A stretch of 64,000 nt of DNA. It comes from Chloroflexota bacterium (lineage in GTDB: Bacteria; Chloroflexota; Limnocylindria; P2-11E). The position numbers and the translations under genes are program-made. Positions 55,331-64,000 of this stretch are shown in pieces; within the stretch, counting starts at the first letter, position 1, and the number at the start of each line of letters is the position of its first letter. The stretch spans positions 51,611 through 115,610 of the forward strand of contig DAIDAP010000032.1 in assembly GCA_027310565.1 (NCBI GenBank). Reading direction: 5' to 3'. Below the pieces are notes generated by a model. It had not been told where the DNA came from. It did no database searches and saw only the letters and a program-made list of their open reading frames with translations.

Positions 55331-57894
55331 CCGATGGCGCCCTGCATCTGCAGCGTGATGAGGCGGTTCATCTCGATCGCGTAATCCATGGGGAGCGTCT
55401 TCACGATCGGCTCGATGAAGCCGTTCACGACCATCGCCGTCGCTTCGGCCTCGGAGAGGCCGCGGCTCATGAGGTAGAAGAGCTGCTCCTCACCCACCTT
55501 CGAGACCGTCGCCTCGTGGCCGATGGTGACGTCCTCCTCGTCGATCTCCATGTACGGGTAGGTGTCGCTCCGTGCGGTCGCGTCGAGCATGAGCGCGTCG
55601 CAGCGCACCGTGCTCTTGGCCTTCTTCATGCCCGGGTAGATCCGCACCAGGCCCCGGTAGGAGGTGCGCCCGGTGCCCTTGCTGATGGACTTGCTCGTGA
55701 TGATGCTGGTGGTGTTCGGCGCGGCGTGCACCATCTTCGCGCCCGCGTCCTGGTGCTGGTCGTCCGCGGCGAACGCGACCGAGAGGACCTCGCCGTGGGC
55801 GCGCTCACCGACCAGGTACACGCTCGGGTACTTCATCGTCACCTTGCTCCCGAGGTTCGCGTCGATCCACTCCATGACGCCGTCCTCCTGGACGACGGCG
55901 CGCTTGGTCACGAGGTTGTAGACGTTGTGGCTCCAGTTCTGGATCGTCGTGTAGCGGACGCGCGCGCCCTTCTTCACGATGATCTCGACGACGGCGCTGT
56001 GGAGCGTCGCCGTGGAGAAGACCGGCGCGGTGCAACCCTCGACGTAGTGCACCTGCGCGCCCTCTTCCGCGATGATCAGCGTGCGCTCGAACTGCCCCGC
56101 GTTCTCGCTGTTGATGCGGAAGTACGCCTGCAGCGGGATGTCCACCTTCACGCCCGCCGGCACCCACACGAACGAGCCGCCCGACCACACCGCGGTGTTG
56201 AGCGCGGCGAGCTTGTTGTCGTTCGCCGGGACCACCGTGCCGAAGTACTGCTTGACGACGTCCTCGTGCTGCTTCAGCGCGGTGTCGGTGTCCATGAAGA
56301 CGACGCCCTTCGCCTCGAGGTCCTTGCGGATGTTGTGGTACACCGCCTCGGAGTTATGGACGACGAGCCCCTCGGCGACGAAGTTGTGCGGACCGTCGAC
56401 GGTGATGTCGTAGGTCTCGGCGATGCCGACAGGCGTGATGGACTGGATGCGGGCATATCCCAAGAACTCGTTCGTGTGGCTGCTGATCGTCGTGCCACCA
56501 GCCCTGCTCGCGTTGTGGGAACATTTGCGCTTGAACATTCGGTCGCGACGGCGAAGGGAGCGGCAAGAGATCCGGTCGAACGACCCAGAGAGCTGCATGC
56601 GGTAGCCGGTGACCGTGCGCTCCCGATCGAATGGATGCCGCGACGTGAACGTGTGGATGCTGGAGGTCGTCACACCGCAGGCGACAGCAAGGCGGCGAGC
56701 GTCCTCCAAGAGGAGCGCGTTACCACTCGTCAGGCTCATGTCCTTGCTGCCGCGGCCGGTGCGTACCATGCCATCGGCGTCGACATAGCCTCCGAGGAAC
56801 GCCAACCGCTCAGCCTCGCGCGACGCAGACACCCAGATCGGGATCCGCTTCTCCAGGGCGGTCCCACCGAAACCGTTCGCCTCGACGAATGCGGCGAGCG
56901 GCTCCGAGTAGACGCGCAGCCGCCGCTCGTCAACAGCGATCGCATCTGCACCGAACAGGCGCTTCGTCACCGCCGTGACCTCTTCGCGGAGGTCGGGCTG
57001 GGTCGCGGGGATCGCGAACTCGACGTTCTTCTTTCCCGGACCAACGTTGTGGATGTAGCCGTCGCCCGTGTAGACACCTGCCCACCACATGAAATCGGCT
57101 GAGGTTTCGCTCGGGAACATCACCGCGCTCGTCTTCCGTCGAGACGTGGCTGGTGCGGTCCGCATCTGATTCACGCCACCATCGGGTGTCCTCTTCGCCA
57201 CGGCCACAAGGTCCCCGACCTTCAGGTCGCTCAGGTAGCGCCACTCCCTGCGGTAGCGGCGGCGGATGCGGCCCGGCTTGCGTGCATCGACAAGTGCGAG
57301 GAAGGGATGGTTCTCGGTGACGCGAACCCTCCGCGTTCCGACCTTCACCTCGAAGACGGGCTTCGGCCCCTTCGCGACCCGCGCGAGGACACGGGCTGCC
57401 CGGATCTCCTCGATCGAGTCATCCCACGAGTAGACGACGTCGCCGGGTTCGACCGTCTTGATCGGCTTCAGCCCCTCGCCGGTGTGGACGAGCGCGTCCT
57501 CATGCAGGCAGTCGTACTGCGCGCCGACGCCCGCGAGGTATTTCTGCTCCGCCTCGGGGATGCCGAGCTTGTCGAACGTGCGCTTGACGTAGTCGGGGAC
57601 GTCGTTCCAGCTCTTCTCGGTCTTCCCCGACGTGCGCAGGTAGTAGTAGATCTCGTCGAAGTCCATGCCCGAGAGGTCCGCGCCCCACGCGGGCATGGCG
57701 CGCTTGGTGAAGTGCCGCAGCGCCTTCAGGCGCCGCTCGAGCATCCACTGCGGTTCCTGCTTGTATCTCTGGCTGATCTCGCGGACGACGTCCTCCGTGA
57801 GGCCCTTCTTCTTGACGTTGACGTACTTCGCGTCGGCGTCGTACCAGCCGTACTTGTAGCTGTCGGGGATGTCCTTGCGGACTTCGGTGGTCAT
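55327..57894 (-). CDS. sufB: Fe-S cluster assembly protein SufB, interrupted by a 386-aa intein
   Basis: 855 aa. The exteins total 469 aa and read as a contiguous SufB (…AGVGAQYD / [13 protein letters not shown]…). Confidence 0.9.
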   Translation of the reverse strand: MTTEVRKDIPDSYKYGWYDADAKYVNVKKKGLTEDVVREISQRYKQEPQWMLERRLKALRHFTKRAMPAWGADLSGMDFDEIYYYLRTSGKTEKSWNDVPDYVKRTFDKLGIPEAEQKYLAGVGAQYDCLHEDALVHTGEGLKPIKTVEPGDVVYSWDDSIEEIRAARVLARVAKGPKPVFEVKVGTRRVRVTENHPFLALVDARKPGRIRRRYRREWRYLSDLKVGDLVAVAKRTPDGGVNQMRTAPATSRRKTSAVMFPSETSADFMWWAGVYTGDGYIHNVGPGKKNVEFAIPATQPDLREEVTAVTKRLFGADAIAVDERRLRVYSEPLAAFVEANGFGGTALEKRIPIWVSASREAERLAFLGGYVDADGMVRTGRGSKDMSLTSGNALLLEDARRLAVACGVTTSSIHTFTSRHPFDRERTVTGYRMQLSGSFDRISCRSLRRRDRMFKRKCSHNASRAGGTTISSHTNEFLGYARIQSITPVGIAETYDITVDGPHNFVAEGLVVHNSEAVYHNIRKDLEAKGVVFMDTDTALKQHEDVVKQYFGTVVPANDNKLAALNTAVWSGGSFVWVPAGVKVDIPLQAYFRINSENAGQFERTLIIAEEGAQVHYVEGCTAPVFSTATLHSAVVEIIVKKGARVRYTTIQNWSHNVYNLVTKRAVVQEDGVMEWIDANLGSKVTMKYPSVYLVGERAHGEVLSVAFAADDQHQDAGAKMVHAAPNTTSIITSKSISKGTGRTSYRGLVRIYPGMKKAKSTVRCDALMLDATARSDTYPYMEIDEEDVTIGHEATVSKVGEEQLFYLMSRGLSEAEATAMVVNGFIEPIVKTLPMDYAIEMNRLITLQMQGAIG
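56353..57510 (-). mobile_element. SufB intein with a LAGLIDADG homing-endonuclease domain
   Basis: Cys1 (CLHEDALV), C-terminal VVHN followed by +1 Ser. LAGLIDADG-like blocks [11 protein letters not shown] and [12 protein letters not shown]. Visibly lower GC than the exteins. Confidence 0.85.
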
Positions 57895-57898
57895 CCGG

Positions 57899-58321
57899 CT
57901 ACTCCGTTCCCGTGCGCTTCGCGGCTCCGGCGGGCTCCTCCTCGCCGGGCCAGGTGCTGAGCCCCCACGCCGCGCCCTTCAGCGCCTTGAGGCCGAGGAG
58001 CGCGCACTTCACGCGCGCGGGGCTGATGGGGATTCCGAGGTTCTCGAAGATCCGCTGCCTGTCGATGACGCGCACCTCCTCGAGCGTCTTGCCCTTCACG
58101 TCCTCGGTGAGGATGGAGGCCGACGCCTGCGAGATCGCGCAGCCCTTCCCCTCGAAGCGGACGTCCGCGACCCTGCCGTCCTCGATCCGCAGTGCCATGG
58201 TGATCTCGTCGCCGCACAGCGGGTTCGTGTCGTGATAGGTGTGCGTCGCGCCCGGCAGATCGCCGGTGTTCCGCGGGTTGCGGTAGTGGTCGAGGATGTA
58301 GTCGCGGTACATGTCGTCCAT
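57899..58321 (-). CDS. sufU: SufU-type sulfur-transfer/scaffold protein
   Basis: NPLCGDE...GKGCAIS...VKCALL cysteine motifs. Confidence 0.85.
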   Translation of the reverse strand: MDDMYRDYILDHYRNPRNTGDLPGATHTYHDTNPLCGDEITMALRIEDGRVADVRFEGKGCAISQASASILTEDVKGKTLEEVRVIDRQRIFENLGIPISPARVKCALLGLKALKGAAWGLSTWPGEEEPAGAAKRTGTE

Positions 58322-58324
58322 GCG

Positions 58325-59581
58325 CTAGATCCGGAACACTTTCTTCGCCGCATGGATCGCGCCGACGAGCGCGTCGCACTCGGCGGTCGTGTTGTACAGG
58401 TAGAACGAGGCGCGCGTGGTCGCGGGGACGCCGAGCTTCGCCATGAGGAGCTGATTGCAGTGATGCCCCGCTCGCACGCACACGCCCTGCGCGTCGAAGA
58501 TCGTCGCGACGTCGTGCGGGTGGATGCCGTCGATGTTGAACGACACGACGCCGACCCGGTCCTCCAGGGTCTTCGGGCCGTAGATCGTGAGCCCCGGGAT
58601 CTCGCGCATCCGGTCGAGCAGGTACCCGGTGAGGCGCAGCTCGTGCTCGTGGATCGCGTCGAGGCCGACGGTCTCGAGGTAGTCCACGGCGGCGCCGAGG
58701 CCGATCGCGTCGACGTACGAGGACGTGCCGGCCTCGAACTTCCACGGCAGCTCGTTCCACTCGGTCCGCTCGACCGTGACGCGGCTGATCATGTCGCCGC
58801 CGAAGAGGAAGGGACGCATCCGCTCGAGCAGCTCGGCGCGCCCCCACACCGCGCCCGAGCCCGGAGGGGCGAGCATCTTGTGCCCGGAGAAGACCAGGAA
58901 GTCCGCACCGAGGTCGCGGACGTCCACCTTCTGGTGGGGCACGGCCTGCGCCCCGTCCACGAGCACGGTGGCGCCGGCGGCCTTCGCCTCGGCCACGAGC
59001 TCCTTCGCCGGGAGCACGGTGCCGAGACCGTTCGACGTGTACGTGATCGCGACGAGCCTGGGCCCGCGCTTCATCGCGGCGGCGTACTGGTCGCGCCGCA
59101 GCCGGCCCTCGTCGTCGACGTCGATCACGGCGATCTGGGCGCCGACGTCCCTCGCGAGCTGCTGCCAGGGGACGAAATTCGAGTGGTGCTCCAGGACCGT
59201 GCTCACGATCAGGTCGCCGCTCCGGATGTGCTCGCGGCCCCAGGCGTACGCGACGAGGTTCACGCCCTCCGTCGCGTTCCGCACGAAGATCACCTCGCGC
59301 GTGGCCGCCGCGTTCAGGAGGCGCGCGACCTTCTCGCGCGCCCCCTCGAAGGCGGCGGTGGTGCGCTCGCTGAACTCGTACACGCCGCGGTGGATGTTCG
59401 CGTTGTACTCCTCGAAGACCTCGCGCGTCGCGTCGATGACCTGCCGCGGCTTCTGGCTCGTCGCCGCGTTGTCCAGGTACACGAGCGGCTTACCGTGCAC
59501 CGTCCGCGAGAGGACCGGGAAGTCCGCACGGATGCGCGTGACGTCGATCGGCAAGGTGGACCGAGCGGAGACGACGGCCAT
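58325..59581 (-). CDS. sufS: Cysteine desulfurase SufS
   Basis: SGHKMLAPPG (PLP-binding Lys) and RAGHHCNQ (active-site Cys). Confidence 0.9.
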   Translation of the reverse strand: MAVVSARSTLPIDVTRIRADFPVLSRTVHGKPLVYLDNAATSQKPRQVIDATREVFEEYNANIHRGVYEFSERTTAAFEGAREKVARLLNAAATREVIFVRNATEGVNLVAYAWGREHIRSGDLIVSTVLEHHSNFVPWQQLARDVGAQIAVIDVDDEGRLRRDQYAAAMKRGPRLVAITYTSNGLGTVLPAKELVAEAKAAGATVLVDGAQAVPHQKVDVRDLGADFLVFSGHKMLAPPGSGAVWGRAELLERMRPFLFGGDMISRVTVERTEWNELPWKFEAGTSSYVDAIGLGAAVDYLETVGLDAIHEHELRLTGYLLDRMREIPGLTIYGPKTLEDRVGVVSFNIDGIHPHDVATIFDAQGVCVRAGHHCNQLLMAKLGVPATTRASFYLYNTTAECDALVGAIHAAKKVFRI

Positions 59582-59583
59582 GG

Positions 59584-60378
59584 CTACACCCTCCCCGCGT
59601 AGAGCTCTTCGCGCACGAAGTCGTAGCCCTTCGCCTCGAGCTCCGCCGCGAGCTCGCGCCCCCCGGTCCGCACCACGCGGCCGTCCACGAGGACGTGCAC
59701 GCGGTCGGGCTGGACGTAGCGGAGGATGCGCTCGTAGTGCGTGATGAGCACGATGCCGACCTGCGGCGACCGCAGCGCCTCGATGCCCTGTGCGACGATC
59801 TTCAGCGCGTCGATGTCGAGCCCCGAGTCGGTCTCGTCGAGGAGCGCGAGCGTCGGCGCGAACATGTGCATCTGGAGCGTCTCCAGTCGCTTCTTCTCGC
59901 CGCCCGAGAAGCCGTCGTTCACCGAGCGCGTGATGAAGGATTCGTCCACCTCGAGGAGCTTCATCTTCTCCTGGAGGAGCCTGCGGAACTGCGGGATCGG
60001 CATGTCGTTGCGCTTCGGCTCGTTCGCCGATGCCGTCGCGCCGCGCTCGGCGCGCCGCGCGTTGATCGCCGTGCGCAGGAAGTTCGCGACGGACACGCCC
60101 GGGATCGCCGACGGGTACTGGAACGCGAGGAACACGCCCAGACGCGCACGCTCGTCCACCGGCATGCCGACGAGGTCGTGCCCGCCGAAACGGATCGCGC
60201 CCTGCGTCACCCGGTAGCGGGGATGACCCATGACCGTGAGCGCGAGCGTGCTCTTCCCGGAGCCGTTCGGTCCCATGATCGCGTGCACCTCGCCGCCGCG
60301 GACGGTGAGATCGATCCCCTTGAGGATCTCCTTGCCGTCGACGGTGACGTGCAGGTCGCCGATCTCGAGGTCAGGCAC
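59584..60378 (-). CDS. sufC: Fe-S cluster assembly ATPase SufC
   Basis: GPNGSGKST, FSGGEKKR, LALLDETDSGLD. Confidence 0.95.
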   Translation of the reverse strand: MPDLEIGDLHVTVDGKEILKGIDLTVRGGEVHAIMGPNGSGKSTLALTVMGHPRYRVTQGAIRFGGHDLVGMPVDERARLGVFLAFQYPSAIPGVSVANFLRTAINARRAERGATASANEPKRNDMPIPQFRRLLQEKMKLLEVDESFITRSVNDGFSGGEKKRLETLQMHMFAPTLALLDETDSGLDIDALKIVAQGIEALRSPQVGIVLITHYERILRYVQPDRVHVLVDGRVVRTGGRELAAELEAKGYDFVREELYAGRV

Positions 60379-60844
60379 GGGCGGTCTCCTTCGTCGTGCT
60401 CGGGGCGTCGGACGCCGCGAGCTGCGCGAGCGTCATGCCGTCGAGGGCTTTCGCGATCGTCGATTGAAGCGTCATCCACACGTGGTGCGTCGCGCAGCCG
60501 GGCTGGAGCACGCAGTTCACGATGGCGTCGCCCTCCGCCGTGCAGATCTGCGGCTCGATCGGCCCCTCGAGCGCCCGCACGATGTCCCCGGCGGTGATCT
60601 GCGACGGATCGCGCGCGAGCATGTAGCCGCCGCCGGCACCGCGCTTGCCCCGCACCAGCCCGGCCTTGCGCAGCGAGGCTACGAGCTGCTCGAGGTACGC
60701 CTCGGGAAGATCCTCGCGCGTCGCGACCGCGTGCAGGCTCACCGTGCCTTCGCTCCAGTGCCGGGCGAGGTCGACCATGAGACGCATGCCGTACTCGCCG
60801 CGTGTCGAGACGTGGAAGGCGGCCTGTGGGGCAATTCCGAGCAT
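60371..60844 (-). CDS. Rrf2-family (IscR-like) transcriptional regulator heading the suf operon
   Basis: STRGEYGMRLMVDLA wHTH and three Cys (C-x9-C-x5-C). The longest ORF extends to 60976. Confidence 0.8.
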   Translation of the reverse strand: MLGIAPQAAFHVSTRGEYGMRLMVDLARHWSEGTVSLHAVATREDLPEAYLEQLVASLRKAGLVRGKRGAGGGYMLARDPSQITAGDIVRALEGPIEPQICTAEGDAIVNCVLQPGCATHHVWMTLQSTIAKALDGMTLAQLAASDAPSTTKETARA

Positions 60845-60860
60845 TTCACTCGGTATTCTA
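60835..60860 (-). promoter_or_regulatory. TAGAAT -10 box 10 nt upstream of the Rrf2 ATG, plus the inverted repeat CCGAG-N7-CTCGG spanning the start codon
   Basis: Minus strand reads gcgcTAGAATACCGAGTGAAATGCTCGGAA. Confidence 0.35.
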
Positions 60861-60927
60861 GCGCCCGCGCGAGAGCAACGCGAGCGCGAGGACCCGGCAG
60901 GCGAGCGGACAGACAATAGGCCGACCA

Positions 60928-61470
60928 GTGCCGCTCCCCTACCGGCATGCCGCCGTCGGTTCGACCAACCCCGCAAAGCTCGAGGCCGTCGGCCGCGCGC
61001 TCGCGCGGCTCGCGCCCGCCTGCAGCGTCCAGGCCGTGCTCGTCCCCATCGCGCTCGCCGCGCAGCCCATCGGCGACCGCCAGACGCGCGAGGGAGCCAT
61101 CGCGCGCGCCGGCGCCGCGCTCGCGGCGAGCGGGGCCGAGGTCGCGTTCGGGCTCGAGGGTGGGGTCATCTTCGAGGCCGACGCGCCGTGGCTGGTCTCC
61201 TGGGTCGCCGTCGTCGATCGGGACGGCCGCCGGGGCGAGGCGAGCGGGCTGCGCATGCCGCTCCCGGCGTCGGCAACGACGCGGCTGCGCTCGGGCGTCG
61301 AGCTCGGCGACATCATCGACACCCTCTTCGACACGACCGCGTCGAAGCGGCAGACCGGCGCGATCGGGCTGCTCACCGAGGGGTTCGTGTCGCGCGCCGA
61401 CGCCTTCGCGGACCTCGTCGCGATGGCCTGCGCGCCGCTCCTGCGCCCCGATCTCTACCCGCCAGGCTAG
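60928..61470 (+). CDS. Non-canonical purine NTP phosphatase (YjjX/DUF84 family)
   Basis: AVGSTNPAKLEAV...AQPIGDRQTREGAIARA. Confidence 0.75.
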   Translation: MPLPYRHAAVGSTNPAKLEAVGRALARLAPACSVQAVLVPIALAAQPIGDRQTREGAIARAGAALAASGAEVAFGLEGGVIFEADAPWLVSWVAVVDRDGRRGEASGLRMPLPASATTRLRSGVELGDIIDTLFDTTASKRQTGAIGLLTEGFVSRADAFADLVAMACAPLLRPDLYPPG

Positions 61471-61502
61471 TGTCGAGCCGGCGCGAGCGGGACGACGCGG
61501 CG

Positions 61503-62165
61503 CTACGCGCCGTTCCGGCGACGCCGCGGCGTGCTGAGGTAGTGGTGCCAGAGGATGCGCGCGGCGACGGCGCGGTACGGGCGCCAGCGCTCGCCGAGCC
61601 GGTCGAGCGCGGCGGCGCCGGGGAGGGCGCGCAGCCGCAGCGCTTCGCGCGCGGCGGTCGCGAGGGCGAGGTCGCCCGACGGCCACACGTCGGGGCGGCG
61701 CAGCGCCATGAGGAGGTACACGTCGGCGGTCCAGCGGCCGACGCCGTGGAGCGCCATGAGCGCGCCGCGCGCCTCGTCGTCCGTCATCCGGGCGAGCGCG
61801 GCCGGATCGAAGGCGCCGCGCGCGACCGCGAGGGCGAGCCCGCGGACGTAGGCGGCCTTCTGCCGCGTCAGGCCGGCGGACCGCAGGCGAGCGGGGCCGG
61901 CGGCCGCGACGCGCTCGGGCGTCACGGCGCCGACGGCCGCCTCGAGGCGCGCGAAGGCGGCCCGCCCGGACGCGAGCGAGACCTGCTGCTCGAGGATGAC
62001 CCGCACGAGCGTGGGGAAGCCGGGGCGGCGGGCCCACAGCGGGGGGATCCCGTGGCGCTCGACGATCGCGCCGAGGCGGTCGTCACGGCGCGTGAGCTCG
62101 GCGCTCGCGAGCGCGAGCGACTCCGTGTCCAGCCGCGGCCGCATGTCGATGGAACGCGTCCCCAT
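61503..62165 (-). CDS. DNA-3-methyladenine glycosylase II (AlkA-type HhH-GPD)
   Basis: ILEQQVSLASGRAAF...LHGVGRWTADVYLL...PSGDLAL. Confidence 0.8.
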   Translation of the reverse strand: MGTRSIDMRPRLDTESLALASAELTRRDDRLGAIVERHGIPPLWARRPGFPTLVRVILEQQVSLASGRAAFARLEAAVGAVTPERVAAAGPARLRSAGLTRQKAAYVRGLALAVARGAFDPAALARMTDDEARGALMALHGVGRWTADVYLLMALRRPDVWPSGDLALATAAREALRLRALPGAAALDRLGERWRPYRAVAARILWHHYLSTPRRRRNGA

Positions 62166-62182
62166 CCGCCGTCGTGAGATCG

Positions 62183-64000
62183 CTAGTGTCGCGGCGCGCC
62201 GCCGCGAGCGCGGACGAGCGGCGTCCCCAGGGGGACGAGCACCGGCGGCGGCGGCTCGACCGCGACCGTCGCCTCGTCGACGAAGCGCCGGGTGTAGAGG
62301 CGGTGGTACAGCCCGCCGCGGACGAGGAGCTCCTGGTGCGTCCCCTCCTCGACGATCCGGCCCCGGTCGAGGACGAGGATGCGGTCCGCGCGCTCGACCG
62401 TGGAGAGCCGGTGGGCGACGACGATCGTCGTGCGGCCGCGCATGAGCCGGCCGAGGGCCTGCTGCACGAGGAACTCGCTCTCGTTGTCGAGCGAGCTGGT
62501 CGCCTCGTCGAGCAGGAGGATCGGCGCGTCGCGGAGGAGCGCGCGCGCGATCGCGACACGCTGGCGCTGGCCGACGGAGAGCCGCACCCCGCGTTCGCCC
62601 ACGATCGTGTCCATCCCGCCCGGAAGGCGCGACACGAACTCGGCCGCGTTCGCCGCGGCCGCGGCGGCCGCGACCTCGTCGTCGCTCGCGTCCAGGCGCC
62701 CGTAGCGGATGTTCTCGCGGATCGTGTCGGCGAACAGGATCGGCTCCTGCGGCACGACCGCGATCTGCTCGCGGAGCGAGCGCACCGTCACGGCCCGCAG
62801 GTCGTGGCCGTCGACGATCACGGAGCCGGCGACGGGATCGTAGAAGCGCCCCACCAGGTTCACGAGCGTCGTCTTCCCCGCGCCCGAGGGGCCGACGAGC
62901 GCGGTCGTCTGCCCGGGCAGGAACACGGTGCTCACGCCGTCGAGCACGAGCGGGCCGCCGCCGTAGCGGAACGCGACGCCATCGAAGCGGATCTCGCCCC
63001 GGACCGGCGGCAGGGCGACCGCGTCGGGCGCGTCGCGCACCTCGGGCTGCGTGTCGAGCAGCGCGAAGATGCGGTCGGCAGCGCCGAACGCGCCCTGGAT
63101 ACCCGCCCACTGCCCCGCCAGACCGCCGATCGGACCGGAGACCTGACCGAGGTAGAGGAGGAAGGCCACGAGCTCGCCGGTCGTGAGCTCGCCGCTCGCG
63201 ACCTGGCGGCCGCCGTACCACAGGACGACGACGGACGACGCGAAGCCGAGGAATCCGATGAGCGGGAACATGATGGCGCCGAGCCGGGCGCGCTCCAGCG
63301 ACTTCCGGAAGGTGAAGAACAGCTTGCCGCGGAAGCGCTCGGCCTCGTACTCCTCACGCGTGAACGCCTGGACGACGCGCACCTCCGCGATCGCCTCCTG
63401 CAGCACGCCGACCGCCTCGGCCTGCGCGTCCTGGGCCGCGCGCGAGATGTCGCGGATGCGCCGGCCCAGACGCTGCCCGAGGAGCCCGATCGGCGGCGCG
63501 ACGACCAGCGTGAGCAGCGCGAGCTTCCAGTTCATGAGGAAGATCACCGCGACGCCGCCGACGAGCGTCAGCACCTGCCCCAGCACCTGCAGGATCGTCT
63601 GCGTGATGACCCCGTGGACGAGCGTCACGTCGCTCGTCACGTGGGACATGAGCTCCCCGGTCTTGCGGACGTTGAAGAACGAGAGCGAGAGCGACTGCAG
63701 GTGCCGGACGATCGCCATCCGCAGGTCGAAGATCACCCGCTCGCCGGTGTACGCCATGACGTACTGGCGCGCGCCGTCGACGACCGCGCGGACGAGCAGC
63801 ACCGCCACGAGGAAGACGACGAGGACGTCGAGGAACGACGCGTCGCGCAGCCCCACGTCCAGCACCGTGCGCACGACCTGCGGCCACACCAGGCCGAGGC
63901 CGGTCGAGACGACGAGCAGGACGGCGGCGAGGAGCAGGAGGCGCCGGTACGGCGCGACGAACCGCAGCAGGCGGCGGTAGACGGCGAGCGAGGGCCGCTT
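62183..64000 (-). CDS. ABC exporter, fused TMD-NBD (MsbA-like); N-terminus lies beyond the window end
   Basis: GPSGAGKTT, LSVGQRQR, ILLLDEATSSLD. The reading frame is still open at 64000. Confidence 0.9.
   Translation of the reverse strand, partial: KRPSLAVYRRLLRFVAPYRRLLLLAAVLLVVSTGLGLVWPQVVRTVLDVGLRDASFLDVLVVFLVAVLLVRAVVDGARQYVMAYTGERVIFDLRMAIVRHLQSLSLSFFNVRKTGELMSHVTSDVTLVHGVITQTILQVLGQVLTLVGGVAVIFLMNWKLALLTLVVAPPIGLLGQRLGRRIRDISRAAQDAQAEAVGVLQEAIAEVRVVQAFTREEYEAERFRGKLFFTFRKSLERARLGAIMFPLIGFLGFASSVVVLWYGGRQVASGELTTGELVAFLLYLGQVSGPIGGLAGQWAGIQGAFGAADRIFALLDTQPEVRDAPDAVALPPVRGEIRFDGVAFRYGGGPLVLDGVSTVFLPGQTTALVGPSGAGKTTLVNLVGRFYDPVAGSVIVDGHDLRAVTVRSLREQIAVVPQEPILFADTIRENIRYGRLDASDDEVAAAAAAANAAEFVSRLPGGMDTIVGERGVRLSVGQRQRVAIARALLRDAPILLLDEATSSLDNESEFLVQQALGRLMRGRTTIVVAHRLSTVERADRILVLDRGRIVEEGTHQELLVRGGLYHRLYTRRFVDEATVAVEPPPPVLVPLGTPLVRARGGAPRH

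Noticed and set aside
1-64000. CRISPR arrays, tRNA, rRNA and riboswitch-like leaders.
   Set aside because: No regularly spaced repeats were seen. No intergenic gap is long enough to hold a tRNA, and none has tRNA-like T-arm sequences. The few gaps over 90 bp are explained by promoters, IS ends or gene relics. This was a by-eye scan only.

Overview
This is a very GC-rich window (about 70% by eye) with Actinomycetota-like traits: many 4-nt start/stop overlaps, leaderless-type promoters and an intein in SufB. No rRNA, tRNA or CRISPR array was seen.

Layout:
1. 1-3.5 kb is a scar of three insertion sequences. An IS21 copy is interrupted by an IS3 fragment, which is fused by deletion to a second, different IS21 copy. 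A small lower-GC islet follows.
2. 4.1-8.3 kb holds a GAF-GGDEF cyclase, an M23 peptidase with an apparent frameshift, and a type-2 IPP isomerase.
3. 8.3-34.7 kb is the most interesting part, a large accessory island that looks aromatic or heteroaromatic-acid catabolic.
   - Contents: two UbiD-family (de)carboxylases, UbiX, an orphan flavin reductase, two class III CoA-transferases, three bicupin proteins, a class II aldolase-like protein, and a FadR-type GntR regulator.
   - Also present: an ABC importer plus a ThDP enzyme, a three-subunit xanthine-dehydrogenase-family molybdoenzyme with CoxG and a DAO-type flavoprotein, and a lone BoxB-like diiron oxygenase.
   - A dyad, AATGGT-N3-ACCATT, recurs in every promoter gap of the 12-21 kb core. 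I propose it is the GntR operator.
   - The island shows decay: a truncated M24 peptidase gene, a 57-codon benzoate-CoA-ligase relic and a start-less ArsR fragment.
4. 34.8-64 kb is mostly housekeeping: GNATs, tatD, metG, ppa, rsmI, split nadE, a manC-PMM fusion, the suf operon with an intein-bearing sufB, alkA and an ABC exporter. Embedded in it is a translationally coupled operon with three different carboxylate-amine ligase folds, an esterase and pyrophosphatase, of unknown product.

All functional calls rest on by-eye motif and family recognition. No database search was run.
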